Assembly (NCBI GenBank): GCA_052426225.1
Contig: JBNJNM010000011.1
Location: 992,001-1,056,000 of the forward strand
Direction of reading: 5' to 3'
Source of the DNA: Zancudomyces culisetae HAW-14-8
Taxonomy: Eukaryota > Fungi > Kickxellomycota
Length of the DNA: 64,000 nt
Part shown: positions 37,565 through 53,249 of the stretch, one piece after another
How positions within the stretch are numbered: position 1 is the first letter of the stretch
Layout: each line of letters starts with the position of its first letter
Notes under the pieces: model-generated
Told to the model about the DNA's origin: nothing
What the model saw: only the letters and a program-made list of their open reading frames with translations
The model's database searches: none
Made by a program: the position numbers and the translations under genes

Positions 37565-40493
37565 TTTTGTTTCTTCTCGTTTGGCCCGGACCTTTTATAT
37601 TTTATTTAGGTTTTCTTTAAGCAATTTTTGGTACTTCCTTTACTTTTTATATTAAAAAATATATACTCGAAAGCAAAAGGTAAAAGCAAGGATGAAAGAC
37701 AAAAAGTACTAGTAAAAAGTAAATAATAAAAAGTAAAAAGTAAAATCAATAAGCAGTAGCAAAGGCAAAGAGCAAAAAGCAGAAATAATGACAAATGGCA
37801 AAAGCTATTACAAGGTTGGCAAATAATTGCAAATCAATTTGCTGTGTGTGGACAAAAATTTTTTTCCAGAGATCTCGTTGTTTATTCGTAAATGATAACA
37901 AGGAAACTCAACCCTGCAAAATGTGTTGACCTCGCCATTTATTGTAATCATTTTATTGGCCATGGTTTTGTTGTCTTTCACCATCCTGGAAAGTAAGCTG
38001 GAAACTGAAAAAAGGACCTGCTTAAATGTATGTAAAAAATATCCCACTAAAGGCCGGTAGGCGGGGAGAAATGTGTACCCAGCCACATATGGTAAAACTT
38101 CACACTGTGTTTTTTGTGTATGAGGTTCTTTTGTAGCAAGAATATATAAAAATTAAAAGTTCACATTACTCAACAGTGTGATATTTTGGACGTGTATCTT
38201 TTGCACAATTACCCGCCATTATGAATCAAGAGACGCTTTTTAAACTACTAAAAGATTTGGAGATGAAAAGAAGAGCCACATGTACAGAAGTATGTATAAC
38301 TTGGATGTGGTTAGCTTGGTTTGGATTGATTCGGGTTAATTCGGGTCTTCTAGACAACATGAGCACAGAAGGGAGTGTATATTTTCCATTTGCTCTAATA
38401 GCCGAAACGCTTGGATCTTTATTTTTATGACACTCATCAGCTTCATGGTGGTGGTGGGGGGGGGGGTTGAATAGAGTAGTTATGAAAATTACGGTGGTAA
38501 AGGTGACTATGGGACTCGTCATATCCATGTAGATGAGGAGAGTATTCCAAAACAACACGATATCTGCTCAAAAAAAAACATCACAACACAACTTTACAAC
38601 GGATGATCAATTAGACATGGTTTATAATGTGTTGATGTTCGGCTGATTTTTTAATGTTTTCTTTCTTTTTAGCTTTTGTTTATGCTTATATATATGAAGG
38701 TTGTGTAAGATCCGTATAATATTTTAGTGCTTTCTAAACCCACGTAGTCGAAAAATGCCTGTGTTCTAGGAAAATGGGGGGAAAAACAAACCTCAATCAC
38801 ATTCTTTTCAAACTCGATGGTTTTGAACCCGAATTTTCATATGCTCGAAAGCTCCGAAATGTCCGAATCATATTTTCAACATATTTAAATCTGTAATACC
38901 TAGGCCTCATTTCTTAGTATTTATTAGAAAAATAAATGGCCTGATACCCAATCAGCCGGCAACTAATCACCGCCAAACTTTGCGCCCACAAATGATACTA
39001 TCGTTTTTTATAAGAAACAATCAAAATGTTTCAAGCGTACTTAACTTATGTATACATAAAAATACTGTTAGAAAAGGCAAAACACATATATCAATTATAG
39101 TTAATCCTCACCTTAAGTAAAAATACACACCCCGAAGATTGAGTATATGGTCATGGTTCAACCTCAGCTTAAGGAGGCGAAACAGTATAAACTGTGTGCT
39201 GAGAAGTTTGAAATTCTGTGTACCATCTTTGGTTTCCATTTCTTTTTATTCTGAGTACTCCGTAGGGCAACCACTCTTCATAGATGAAAAAGTAAAGCTA
39301 TTTGTACCCAGCTATGTACTCTGTAAATAAGTAATGGTTTTTCGGTTGTAGAAAACCTTTATCTAACGCACTATCCACATTTTCGTTTCATAAGCAAAGA
39401 AAATAAAGCCTATATAGGTGTGCATCAAGTCTCTCAATTAGCTTGTTCCTTTTTTGTTAAAAGATCGACTGGCTTTCGGTTTATAGTTTAGGTTATGTGG
39501 CTGTGCACCTCGAAAAACTATCCGATATTGGTTTCGTTCTTTTTCCATCCCTCTTTTTTATTGTTGGGAGTATAATGTGCAAATGTATGAGCACACAATA
39601 TGGTATACCTCCAATACCAACCACCATACTTTGTTTTATCTCGTCCTTGGAATACACTTGGTAACTAGTCTATAGTTTCTGCCAAGTTAAAGCTATTTCT
39701 CGTAATTCGAGCTGTGCAAGTAAAGTACTAAATTTGCAAGTATGAGGAGGACAGTGGTGAGAGGTTTGTAACAGATAATTCTTGATCTTCTCTCCGAGAA
39801 AAGGCATTTAGTTGCGTGTGTGTGATTTTACAAATTCATAGACCCAGTATTAACAAAAGTAGGTTTTCTCTTGGCTCGCCCGTGTAAACTGGCTGAAAAA
39901 CATTCTTTCTCGATAAAGCATCTTGATATAAAAAAGGCAAACCCGGTCTAACCCCAACATTTGTCATTCTATTATTTCTGGTGTTGATATTGTTTTTTGA
40001 TTGTACGGTGGAAAGAGCAACGTGAATCTTATAAATACTCCAAGCATACTGAAGCCCGATTTTACTCTGTTCGGCTAGGGGTTATAAATGGTATTCATTC
40101 TTAGGCAAAACGTATAGATTGAAGGCTACTGTATATCAGTCTTTGGTTGTTCTAATCGGTTTGCTTGAGACTTGGCGTCTAAAGATGGCAAAATCAGTAA
40201 AACGCTTAGTAGATTTTTTTGAATGTCGAATACTTTGTATAGTTCTTGTATATCCAATTAAATAGGCAAGCTCACGTGTTTGTTTAAGATTCGAGTGGGC
40301 CAAGTTCAGTATTTGTTTTATTGGCTATTGTGAAGCACAGAAGATTTTAACTACTACCAGCTCGAAGCAATATTTTTTGTGCTTTTTAATTACTTTATCA
40401 TTGCTCTTGGTATTTTAGTCAATCTTTTTAGTCCAAATCAGAACTAACAACAACTCGCCGCAACTATCAAGTCGTAAACAAGGTTTTGCTCTT

Positions 40494-42463
<1,970 letters not shown>

Positions 42464-44201
42464 TGAATTTCATGCCGTCTGAAGCATTTCTCCTTTTTTT
42501 TTACTCTACTCGTGAGTTTCACTTTATTTTGTCTTTTATTTTCATGGTTTTGTTATAGTTTAGTGTGGATTGGTGAAGAGCCATTAAAATATGCCTTTAT
42601 TCGAAGTAAAACGCCAGACAGTGTTATTTTTCTTTTTTTTGTGTACCCAAACACCTTATTATCCCTTGAACAAGTGGATCTGTATTACCAATAGATATTA
42701 AAGGTGTATTTATTGCTGTATACATTTTACAACTAATACAACATCTCTGATTCCACCATACCAAAGGAATAATTCCTGCGTAACTTGTTTAGTTTAAGTT
42801 ACTGAAAAGTGGAATTTGGCTACTGCTAAGTCCGAGCGTTATATAACTCCTTTTTTTTGTAAATGAGCACTGATATCAGTTATTGGTTGTATTTGAATAT
42901 GTGGTAAATTCTGAACTGCCACTACCACAGCTATCTCTAAGTAATGTTTCTGTTGTTAGTTATCGGATATTAACCTCTCAAACGTTAAGCTCCAGAACAC
43001 GCTTTGAACTATGTCGCAAATGACATCATTAACCACAAAATCCGGTATTATAGTTTAGTCACTGTTATACTATACAGCTTTATTATTTGATAGTGGTAGT
43101 TGATAACCACATTTTAGGCTTATTTCGTGATTATTCTCATATAGGTATTTTTTCTTTTTTTGAGCAAATTCGCAATATTAGCATCATTACTAGCCTATAA
43201 AACATTTCACTATCCAAAAGCTAGAATATTATGATAATTAAAAAATACTTGTGATACATTGTGGAATTAAAACGGGCTAGGGAACCCTGTCCCGTGACGT
43301 TATTTTGGGCTCTTCACTTCACATTTCTACTCGTAATGTGAGCTTGTAATTGAGTGATAGGTGAAATTTTGTCAACATGTGACAACGTGACCAGTGCGAA
43401 GCCCCGCGTTTTTATTTTTAAAAAAATTGACATAATCATGTAATAAGCGTTGATCTTTTCAATACAAGGTATTTATGGATATATAAAAAGGCAGCGGGCA
43501 AGAATAATGGAGTAAACTGGATTACTTGTCTGCTAACCGTGATTTTGTAAATCTTACTGGGTATTTATTTAACCTTATTAATGGGAGTGCGAACAAAAAA
43601 AAAAGACGTGATTCAGTATGACATATTGGAACAAAAATAATATTCTGCTGTCCGTTCACCTCATACTTCTGTTCATTGCTAACTAGTTATTGGGTAGCTT
43701 CTAATATGCTTTATTGGGTTTGATTCGGTCTATGGCCACTCATTGGATTTAGGTAAAATGATGGGGAAATGGCGTAAAGTAAAAGGGTCTAAGCATGATT
43801 ATCGTTTTTTTCCTTGCCACTGTAAAAATAGGGCATTTGAGTAACAATGCAACGTACCGCATACGCCAAGCTCCACACCTTTGCTTCATATTCTTTGTAT
43901 GTTGTACATGATGTCTATTTTGATGCGCCTTTCTTCTTTTTTTTTTAAAAAAAAGGGAAAAAAAGGAATGCAGGACAAAATGCAGAAAAGTTTCCAGAAG
44001 TTGATGGTTTCAAAAATACACAAGTATAGATGAATGAGATGTTCAATATATAAGTGAGATATGTATCATATCAGAATAAAAACTTTTATTTTCAAATGGG
44101 CTTATCAACACAAAACTACATAACTCTAATTTAAATAGTAAAAAAACACATAAGCACAACAGAAATACAAAATAAAAATATACCACAAATACTATATCGA
44201 A

Positions 44202-45550
44202 ATGCCGAATACTGAGCAACGATGCACGCTGCTTCCGGATGGTAGCGCTATTTCTTTTACCCAACTAGTGATAGTAATAGCGTACTTTTCGTACTTTCCA
44301 CAGGTATGCCGAATTCTATAACATTAGCTCCTTAGCTTAGGTAATATACTGGGATTAAGCCTTTCGTTTCGCTCACAGAGTTTTAATATATAACTGAATT
44401 TATTGTTATGTGTATCCGTCTTTATGATAAATAGCTGTACAAATTTATCAAAAGCAAAACAAGTGCTGGAATCAGCCCATACTACTTACTTTTTGGGTGT
44501 ATTGGCTCAATTTCGAATCTGTTCAATATGCTTTCTTTAAACTATTGGGTAGTCGGATGCTGCAAAGCAGAGGTAAATATAGTTTGGTAGTATTTTTATA
44601 AAGGGCATGAGATTATGTAAAAGACGCAATTGTTTGAGTATGATATTGCTGTAAAAAGACACCTAGTTCATATATCATATGTACTGAATGAACACCAACA
44701 AAATAACACCTGCGTTGTATGTAACTACAGGGTCCTTACACATGTTATGCGCTTGGTCTCGGAATACTGCTTGTGTTGGTGTTGGCAGTACAGAATTTTG
44801 CTGTGTAAGTTTATACAAATGTCTATCAATCTATTGATATACCTGTTCATTTACTCTTGACTATAGTTGATTTAAAGAGCAATTAATAATTACGGTGATA
44901 ACAAAAGAAAAATATAATAAGTTTATCTCATAAATGGCCAATTTGTAAATAGATTTTCATTTTACATGATATACTTTCCAAAAGATAAAATGTATCAAAA
45001 TCACTCAACATTACCAAACTTTGCACCAACAGCCTGTGATTCGATCAATTCGCAAAACTATATAAGTTTTAGCTGTAGTGCCAAAAAACCAAAAGCAGCT
45101 AAAAAAAGCAATGAATACAAAAAATCCGTCATGATATTTATGGCAGTAATTGCTTATGTATTTGTATGCACCATAATTCTCCTAAACTTGCTATTGATAA
45201 AAAACAAAGGAATGATAAGACTGTTTGCATGGTCCCTAGGGATGCTCAGTGTATTTACTACCTGCATTCAATGTATGCCACAAATTATAAAAACCATAAA
45301 AGACAGGAAAACGGGCTCCATTAGTATTCCCATGATGTTGATCCAAATACCATTAGGCTATGTCATTGTATATGACATTGCCTCAAAAAGAGGCTCAAGC
45401 CCTTCCTCATGGATGAGTATATTTCTTTCCACCACATTTCAAGTTGTATTGTTATCATTATGCATGTGCTACTCGTTTTTGGAGAGCCGTAGAAAGAAAG
45501 TGATGAAGAGACAACCCAGAAAAACTGACACCTCACCTTTGTTGAGATAA
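44202..45550 (+). CDS. PQ-loop repeat membrane transporter, copy A; exons 44202-44303, 44435-44572, 44731-44804, 44953-45550
   Basis: First PQ loop SYFPQ|LYKFIKSKTSAGISP; second CMPQIIKT...GSISIPMMLIQ; about 7 hydrophobic segments. Confidence 0.85.
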
Positions 45551-45850
45551 GGAGAATGTAATACGCCCGGCTTATCCGCAATTTACATTTAGGTTACTTT
45601 TGTATTTTTATTTATACACCTTAATTTTGTATTAGCTATAGCACTAACAGTTTACTAAAAAATAATGATGATTTCAAACCAATATTGCAAAGGCAGTAAT
45701 CCAAGTGTTCATTCAATCATTTGAAAAGCGAGTCTTTTGAAAATATAGACGTATTTATTCATTAACAACCATAAAATAATATAGATGAAATACCAATATA
45801 ACAGAATGCTAGTTAATATCAAATGTATAAAAAAAAAGAACATACGAGGT

Positions 45851-47303
45851 TTATCTAGGGTTGGGTAGCAGTGGTTGAGCCTCAGTTTCAGTACTTGTGT
45901 CAACAGTTTCATCTTGAGAAGATCGCGAGTCACCAACCAAGGCATGGATAATAGCCGTCTTGTAGTTGTAGTATATACACAGCACAAGAAGCACGCCCTG
46001 AAAAGTGGCAGCAGAGAATGTACTCAACCAGCTGGTCCAGCTAGATCCAACCTGACTGTATATTGCATACGCAAATAGATAGCCTCCTGGTGATTGTATT
46101 AGCATCATGGGAATGCTAATGGCTCCGACAAATTGGGTTCTTATTGTTCTGGTGATTTGTGGAATGTATTGGGTACATGTCAAGAAAAAGGAGAATAAGC
46201 CTAAAAACCGTGCCCAAAGTTTGAGTTGAACAGAGTATGGTCCAACAGCCGCAAGCAAAAACACACTTACAATAGTACAAATGACCAAATAAAACAGCAC
46301 AGCAAATACAACGTATAGTATTTCTTTGTACTCTGTGGTTAATACGTATGTTGTCAGATGGATATCTGAGATTTGTGAGCTGGCGTCATCTGCTATAATT
46401 GGGGGTATATTTGTGGAACTCTCACCACTATGTCCCGAGTGCGGTGTTTCGATTTGTCTCTCGTTTACGGGAATCTCTTTGTATCGTTTATCCTTTGGAT
46501 AATATACTACAAAAAAAATAAAGCTATAGATACACAATGATTAAAAAAGTATAAGATATGAATGTGGAAAGAGGGCTTGTTAAAAACGTAACGAAATGCC
46601 AAAGTAAAAAATAAAAAAAGAAAAGCTCCAAACTTACATCAATAAAAAGCAAATCGTCTGTGCACTCACAAGAATGACACTAATGGAGAGAGAGAGGCAC
46701 TCCGATGAGCTCTAAACAAAAAGAGTGAGAGAAGGGTCTGTTAGTTATCGTCAAAAGCGCAATTAAATGTAAATAAATAGAAGTGTAAAGAAACCTACCA
46801 CAATACTACAGCATTCAAAGACCCAATAACTTAGCAAAACAATGTTAAATATGTTTGAGATTGCACCGTATGCACCTAGAAGCATAAAAAACGGACTTAT
46901 TCCGAGACTGGAGTTTAAGCGAACGATCTTGGCATACTATTTCATGGATAGGGTATATATAGAACTCAAAACAAAACGAAACGAAACAACATAAAAACCA
47001 GAAAAAATAATCGCTTGTTTGATTGAATGTTTTTGGATGAGTAGATACATAGTTAAAATAATCCCAAACAAGAACCAACAGAAGAAAAGGGATGCCGAGT
47101 TTTAATAATAATAGCTCAAAAGACGTTTCTGCGTTGTTAAAAAAATAAAAAAAAAGTTAATTACGAACCTGAGGTGTGTATGATAAAACTGTGCCAATAA
47201 TTAGCAAAATAGATAGATTTATAGTCGAAGATTCGGGGGATCCCTGGCATTTTGCCGGATCTATATCAAAAATACCAGATTCAACTCCCGGAATATAATA
47301 CAT
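45851..47303 (-). CDS. PQ-loop repeat membrane transporter, copy B; exons 47303-47169, 46936-46799, 46711-46638, 46523-45851
   Basis: SYTPQ|YAKIVRLNSSLGISP and QYIPQITRT...GAISIPMMLIQSPGG; C-terminal acidic dileucine-like ETEAQPLL. Confidence 0.88.
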
Positions 47304-48390
47304 TTTGGATTGTTTTCCTTTAAATTTTTCTCGATGGGTAGTTTACTGCTCGATCGTTATGGCTAAGATACACGTTTCGTTTTCCATTCATAATCCGAGT
47401 TGTCCCTAAAGATAGTAGTGATCTTGAAATGATCCAAAAATAAGCCAAATTAGCAAATTAAAAACACCTCTAAACCTTTTATGTCGCTGTGACAAAGTAG
47501 TAGATTTTCAAACTTAGCAATTTCACAAATATGAGTTGCCCTATATATTCTGATTTCCGGGAATGCTACTAAAAGTGAGATGGTACTATGAAATAAATAC
47601 AAAAATTGGGTGTATTAGCAATTTGAGTTTTAGTATTGTAGTTTTTGGTTGGCAGCAAAAATTGAAATATGCCTACAAAGGTGTTTTTTAAATGAAAAAA
47701 TATGGTTAAAAGTGGAAACTCACTGGGGAATGTGGTGGATTTCAGCTTGAGAAATATTTACGGCGAATAAAAAAATAGTGAAACACAATGGCAGAGATGT
47801 TTAATATTTAGTGATGTTCGAGAAACTATTAATTCTTGACAATTGCTCATGAAAAATAGCATACCACTTTGTTTCTTTACAGCCTATGGATTCAATCCTC
47901 TATTACTTTCTCCTCTCTTCCAAATATTGTACATATTTTAAACTTGGTTCAGTTTTTCATGGCAATGTATAGTAAAAGAACACAAACATCAGCATTTACA
48001 GGAAATAGCTCTTTTTTTTTAATTTTTACAATAGCCGTAATGGTAAACCAAGGTAGTTTTGCTGTCTATATAAATACATATATATATTTGGATAGTACTA
48101 CACAAAAAAGAGAATAAAAGATGCAGGTTGGATATTTTTTTGATTCGCCAATCTCAGAGCACCCACACACTTCAAAGCAGCTTATCGCGTATAGTAAAGC
48201 CACGGGATTCAAAAACTAAAATGATAAAACAAAATCATACCTAGTTGCAGTGGTGCAATAGTAAATAATAGATATGTAATACGGTAAAAACGAAGTAATG
48301 GTGATGCCGATTTATATCATTTTATTTATCTAAAAAAAGAGAATGTCGATTATTACTATACAAGCGGAAAGAATGGGAAGAAGGAGATAA

Positions 48391-50538
48391 TTATTTCTTA
48401 GCTTTCCTGCTTGATGTTTGTTCTTTACGCTTCTTTACAGCCTTTGGAATTTTGTTTTTCCGCTTTTCCTTTTTTTCTAGTTTTATTTGGGCTTTATGGT
48501 CTTTCTTGGCTTGTTTGTCAAGGAAGCGTTTACCCTTTAGCGGTTTTGGTGCACGAGGGGAATCGAAGTCACTATCCTCATCATCCTCATCACTGTCTTC
48601 ATTCTCGTCATCCTCATCTTCATCACTATTCTCACCATCTTTATCCTCATCTTCGTCTTCATCTTCATCGTCGTAGTTGTTTTTTTTTCCATTTTCAGTT
48701 TTAGCACTTGGGACATCTTCATCCAATGCAGTGCTGTTAGAAAACCGTACGGATTTCTTATTATGTGACTCAGTAGAGGGATTTTCAGTACTTAGTGATG
48801 AAGCATTATACGCGGCACCAGGATGAGACTCAGCAGCAATATTTTTTCCCATAGTCTTCAAATTAGGTTCTGAAGAGAGATTAGCGGTACAAGAAATACC
48901 GTTTTCAACGCTAGTTGTATCTGGAGTGTTGCTGGTGGTCGAATTTACTTTCAAGCCTGAGAGACTAAAGTACAACAAATCATCAGTTTCTCCCCGCTTA
49001 ACCTTCTCAACATCCCTTTCATACTCAATGACTTCATTCAGATTTCTAGGGATATAGGATTGCTTGAAAATAAGATCATCTTGGCGGCTTTTTTCTATCT
49101 CCTTGGTTGTCTGATGCTCAACCAGCTGACCGAGTTTAAGAAGTTCAGGTTCAAACTCCTCAGCTGTAGGAGGAAGCTCGGGGTTCGTTATAAACTCAAA
49201 TAGCTGGCGCAGACTTAGCACATGCACAGAGTGTTTTTTGAAAAAGTCATTAATATTTGCACAATCACTTCTCAAAAAATCCAGAGCGTATGGATGATCG
49301 TGCTCAACAGATTGTGAAACATCAATTATGTAGAGCTTCTTGTTGTTATATAGAATATTGTACTCGCTTAAATCAGCGTGCACTAGTCTACAAACTTGAT
49401 ACATGACACGCATTATACTCACAGTTTGAAAGTACAGGTCTGGATACCTTGATTCTTTGAGCACAGCATCCTTGAGTCTGGGATATGCCCATCCATCACT
49501 GTCTCCTAAGAACTCCATGACCAGTACATGTTGTCGGAGAACTAGCGCTTCTGGACATGGTATTCCTGCTTGGTGTATTCTTTTCAGGTTCCTCATTTCT
49601 TTTTCTGCCCACAGCTTTACCATTTTGCGGGGATTATGGCGTGAGTATCCGTTTCTAAATCTGAATTCCCCAGTAAAATACCGATCTCTGTCCTTGAACA
49701 CAAGTATAGATGTCTTGTACACTTTTATAGCTCGATGAACTCCCTCTTCCGTTATCGAGTGATATACATTTGCCTCTTTCCCTGTATTTATACATCCATT
49801 AATTTCATAAACCGTGCCTTGGTTTAGTAACTTGAGCAATATCAGCCGTGTTCGAGGATCAAGTACTTGTTCTGTTGTTGCTCGATTTGCTCTGTCCTGG
49901 TTTTGTCCTCTATTTTCTCCGAAAGCTTTTTTATTGCTGATTCTCAATGAGTTAGTCGCTCCTGTAGGATTGCGCGCCTTGGTTGATACCTCATCAAGGT
50001 GTATTCTGCTCTCCAACTTTGCCAACATTTTTCTTTTTATTTCAGCCGTATTTACACCCCCTGAAACCACCTTGTTTACCTTTGCACCCTTATCTATGAC
50101 ATCTGGATTTGAAGCAGCTTGTGCTTTCTCGACAGACTTTGGACCTTTAGCGATCTGTTTTATCGCATTTTGTGCATGAACAATGTCTCTTAGTTTATTG
50201 TATTGTTTTGTAAAATCTATTTTACAAAGTAACATGGTTAAATATGATATGTGCCATTCCAGGTAAAACGAAGAAAAATCAAAAAAAATCATAACTTTAT
50301 ACTTTTAAACAGTAGTTTTATGACATAATTGTGTCTTATAGGTTAATACCACCGGATAGGTATACCCTCTCTCTTAATATTGACTATTTTATGTTGTTTT
50401 GCGTAGTGTAGACTTACCTCCACCAGATGTGCCCCAGTCGCCCTCATATGCAATTAGCTCGTCACTATCAAATTCCATTTCCGATTCCTCAGAAATGTCA
50501 ACATTATGCTGTTGCTCAAGAAGCAAACTCTCGTCCAT
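48391..50538 (-). CDS. RIO1: Atypical Ser/Thr kinase Rio1; exons 50538-50418, 50216-48391
   Basis: DRANRATTEQVLDPRTR, GKEANVY, AIKVYKTSILVFKDRDRY, WAEKEMRNL, LVHADLSEYN, IIDVSQSVEHDHP; acidic plus Lys-rich tail. The ORF-track N-terminus (50292) lies in the intron. Confidence 0.96.
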
Positions 50539-51164
50539 TTTGTTTCTGCTGTTTTTATAATTTTTCACTAGCTATTGTGTTGTTTTTTAGACGTCTAGAG
50601 AGCGATCGCTGTATCGTATACACTTGCCTTTTTTATGATTTTTCTACTTATACGCAAACGCTAGTTAAAGCTCAATTTTATTAAATTTCTAAAAGTAAAA
50701 AATTTTATAAAAATTTTTTTTTTATAGATTTCAAGCTGAATTAATTTTCGATCTCTTCATACTAACCACTTGAATAAAAATTTTGTTTAGGCAAGAGCAG
50801 GTGATGTAGCCAAGGTTAGATATGGCAGGTATTCAAAAAAAATAAAGTAAACACTCCGGGTGGCTAATAAGCGGGAGCATTACAAGTATCATCTAACAAA
50901 AAAAAAACAATGTGTAGATATGTTGCATTTGGCTATTTAAGGTACAAAAAAAATCACATAAGCATAATAAATGATCCTTGTGATGTATAACAAAAATTAT
51001 ATTGAGGAAAACCTATGGAGTTATGCGAGTAATGAAAAAAATATAGAAAGAAAAGGGGAGGGGGGGGGTATTATTTCAAAATAAATATCTAATGGTAATA
51101 AATGGGTCATGCGGTAATGATTTGTCTGTGACAGATGGTAAAGTATATGCATATAAAAAGTGAA

Positions 51165-53249
51165 CTACACTTGACAGAAGCTACTGGACTTGGAGTTTAA
51201 AGAGTCAATTTCGGCGGCCAATTCAGAAAGTACAATATCTAGTCTATCAATAATACCTTGACCTCTATCCTTGATGGCGGAAGGTGTTCGCGGATCTGAG
51301 ACAGATTTCTGCAACGATGGCAACGATGGGGTACTCGCTGGGGTGGTGATTTTTAGGCGGTAGTGTCTTTCTGAACGGTCATCCATTTGACTGTCTTCAA
51401 AAGCGCTACCATTAGAAGACTGATTCAAGTTTGAGGTTTTTACTGGGGTGAAGTTGGCTTTTACATATTTTCGATCTAAAGAATGCGAAGAAGATGGCTT
51501 AATTTGGGGTTTGAATCCGCTGTTGTCCTTATGGGCCGTGCGGTCGTGGTTAAAACTGTCGAATCGCTCATGGCTCTTACTGAGACCTTTCGCCTGAATT
51601 ATGTCATGCGGAATTGGCTCTATCATGTGGAGGGTTGGTTTTAGTGTTTTTGAGTTCGAGGTTAAATAAGTAGTACGACCATGAATATTTTCGGATGACT
51701 TTTTCGGGGAAACAGAATACATGTTTCTGACATTTTCACCAGACTTGACTTGGATGAGGGTTTTTTTGTGAGCATTATTGGAGTCGCCAAGGTTTCTAGG
51801 TGAAGTCTTGGTCTGAAACAGGTTTGTTTTTTTGCCTTTCAGGTCACGCGTCGGAGAAGCTACTTTCACTCCATCTGGAAGACCAAATGGAGAGCTTATC
51901 ATGTCTTTTCGCCCGATTTTTTTAGCGGTTTTAGAGTTTGTTGCGGTTGTTGTGATTGAAGCTGTATTATTTGGAGAGAGGTCGGGTTTATAAACCTTTG
52001 ATTGTGTTGGCTGAATCAAGCGCGAGACTAGAAACTTTTGGGCATTTGAATTATTCAAGCTTGCATCTTTAGCCATCCGAGGAGTATTGTTTTTAGCTGG
52101 AGGATCATCAATGCGCAATGTCGAAGAATAAGTATTTGAGATTACACTCTCCTGATATTCGATATCCTTGGACGCTAGTGATATGTCATCACTCTTCTTT
52201 AGCTCCCGACTTTTCGAGATTATGGTCTTTCCCTGAAGGGCAGTCCTTGTTAAAAAATCTGAATGGTTTTGATTCGAACTCAAATTTGTCGAGTATTGTG
52301 GCGTATACTGTAAGGGGGGTTCGTTTATACTTTTTTCGTATGAATATTCTTTGTATTCATCGTGAGAAACAACATCATGAGGAACGACATCGTCTTCGGG
52401 TGCCTCATTGATTAACCCATATTCTATCAATTCGTGAGCATCAAAATTTTTAATCTCGCGAGACCTTGGTACTTTGTCCGTAATAACTATGGGGTCATAC
52501 GTATTATTTTTCAGTTCAGCAAACGTGCGAAGTCCGTGTGGACTTTTGTCTCCGGACCCAATTCGTGAAATACCTTCAACTGACCTGTCCCTTTCCCTCA
52601 TCTCGTATTTGGATTTAAATGCATAATCAAACACAGTATCGTCACTATTAATACAACTATATTCGCTCATTCTATGTCCAGGCCCTATCATACTCTCAAT
52701 ATGTGTATTATCTTTGGCATTAGTAGGGCTTATTGGTTGTATACCATACTTTTCAACCATCTCTTCACTAAGATATTCAGAACCATCACCCTTTTCAAGT
52801 ACACTATCCAGCTTTGATGTAAATGCCTCTGGTTTATGTTGGTATTGATTGTAGATTACATTTTTAGGATTTGCGGTAACCCCACTAGCCATCATGTGCG
52901 AAAAGGATTCTTCTATTTCTTTGTTATTTACAAATTCCTTTTCTGGATCGCGCTCTCTAAATATCGATCTATATTTCCAACTTTGAATCTCATTTTCTTC
53001 GTCAACTTCGTCGTCAATCGCAAGGACTTTTTTATATGTTGGTGAAATTCTGTTCCCGACTTGTTCGCCCTTCAACTCTTCTTTGGACTGTACTGTTTTT
53101 ATAGAGGAGCTACATGAATGACTTCCCAAATCACTTAATTTGATTTCTACTGAACAGTTCGTGCACCGAACAGTTGGTATTAACACACTGTCCCTCTCTT
53201 CCTTTTGAAACTTGAAAATATTTAGTCTACTCATACTCACTTGACGCAA
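51165..53249 (-). CDS. Largely disordered orphan protein with N-terminal CxxC-x10-HxC motif; start uncertain (ATG 53234, or a micro-exon from ATG 53253)
   Basis: A 694-codon open frame; IPTVRCTNCSVEIKLSDLGSHSC near the N-terminus; Ser/Pro/Lys-rich body; C-terminal helix DRLDIVLSELAAEI. Confidence 0.75.
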   Translation of the reverse strand: MRQVSMSRLNIFKFQKEERDSVLIPTVRCTNCSVEIKLSDLGSHSCSSSIKTVQSKEELKGEQVGNRISPTYKKVLAIDDEVDEENEIQSWKYRSIFRERDPEKEFVNNKEIEESFSHMMASGVTANPKNVIYNQYQHKPEAFTSKLDSVLEKGDGSEYLSEEMVEKYGIQPISPTNAKDNTHIESMIGPGHRMSEYSCINSDDTVFDYAFKSKYEMRERDRSVEGISRIGSGDKSPHGLRTFAELKNNTYDPIVITDKVPRSREIKNFDAHELIEYGLINEAPEDDVVPHDVVSHDEYKEYSYEKSINEPPLQYTPQYSTNLSSNQNHSDFLTRTALQGKTIISKSRELKKSDDISLASKDIEYQESVISNTYSSTLRIDDPPAKNNTPRMAKDASLNNSNAQKFLVSRLIQPTQSKVYKPDLSPNNTASITTTATNSKTAKKIGRKDMISSPFGLPDGVKVASPTRDLKGKKTNLFQTKTSPRNLGDSNNAHKKTLIQVKSGENVRNMYSVSPKKSSENIHGRTTYLTSNSKTLKPTLHMIEPIPHDIIQAKGLSKSHERFDSFNHDRTAHKDNSGFKPQIKPSSSHSLDRKYVKANFTPVKTSNLNQSSNGSAFEDSQMDDRSERHYRLKITTPASTPSLPSLQKSVSDPRTPSAIKDRGQGIIDRLDIVLSELAAEIDSLNSKSSSFCQV

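Noticed and set aside
38226-38558. 110-aa ORF upstream of ERG11 and possible sterol-regulatory motifs
   Set aside because: The ORF is shaped by a G11 run and TGG repeats; the motif matches are too degenerate to support.
39948-39958. CTAACCCCAAC resembling a telomerase template
   Set aside because: An 11-mer with a mismatch and no supporting structure; expected by chance.
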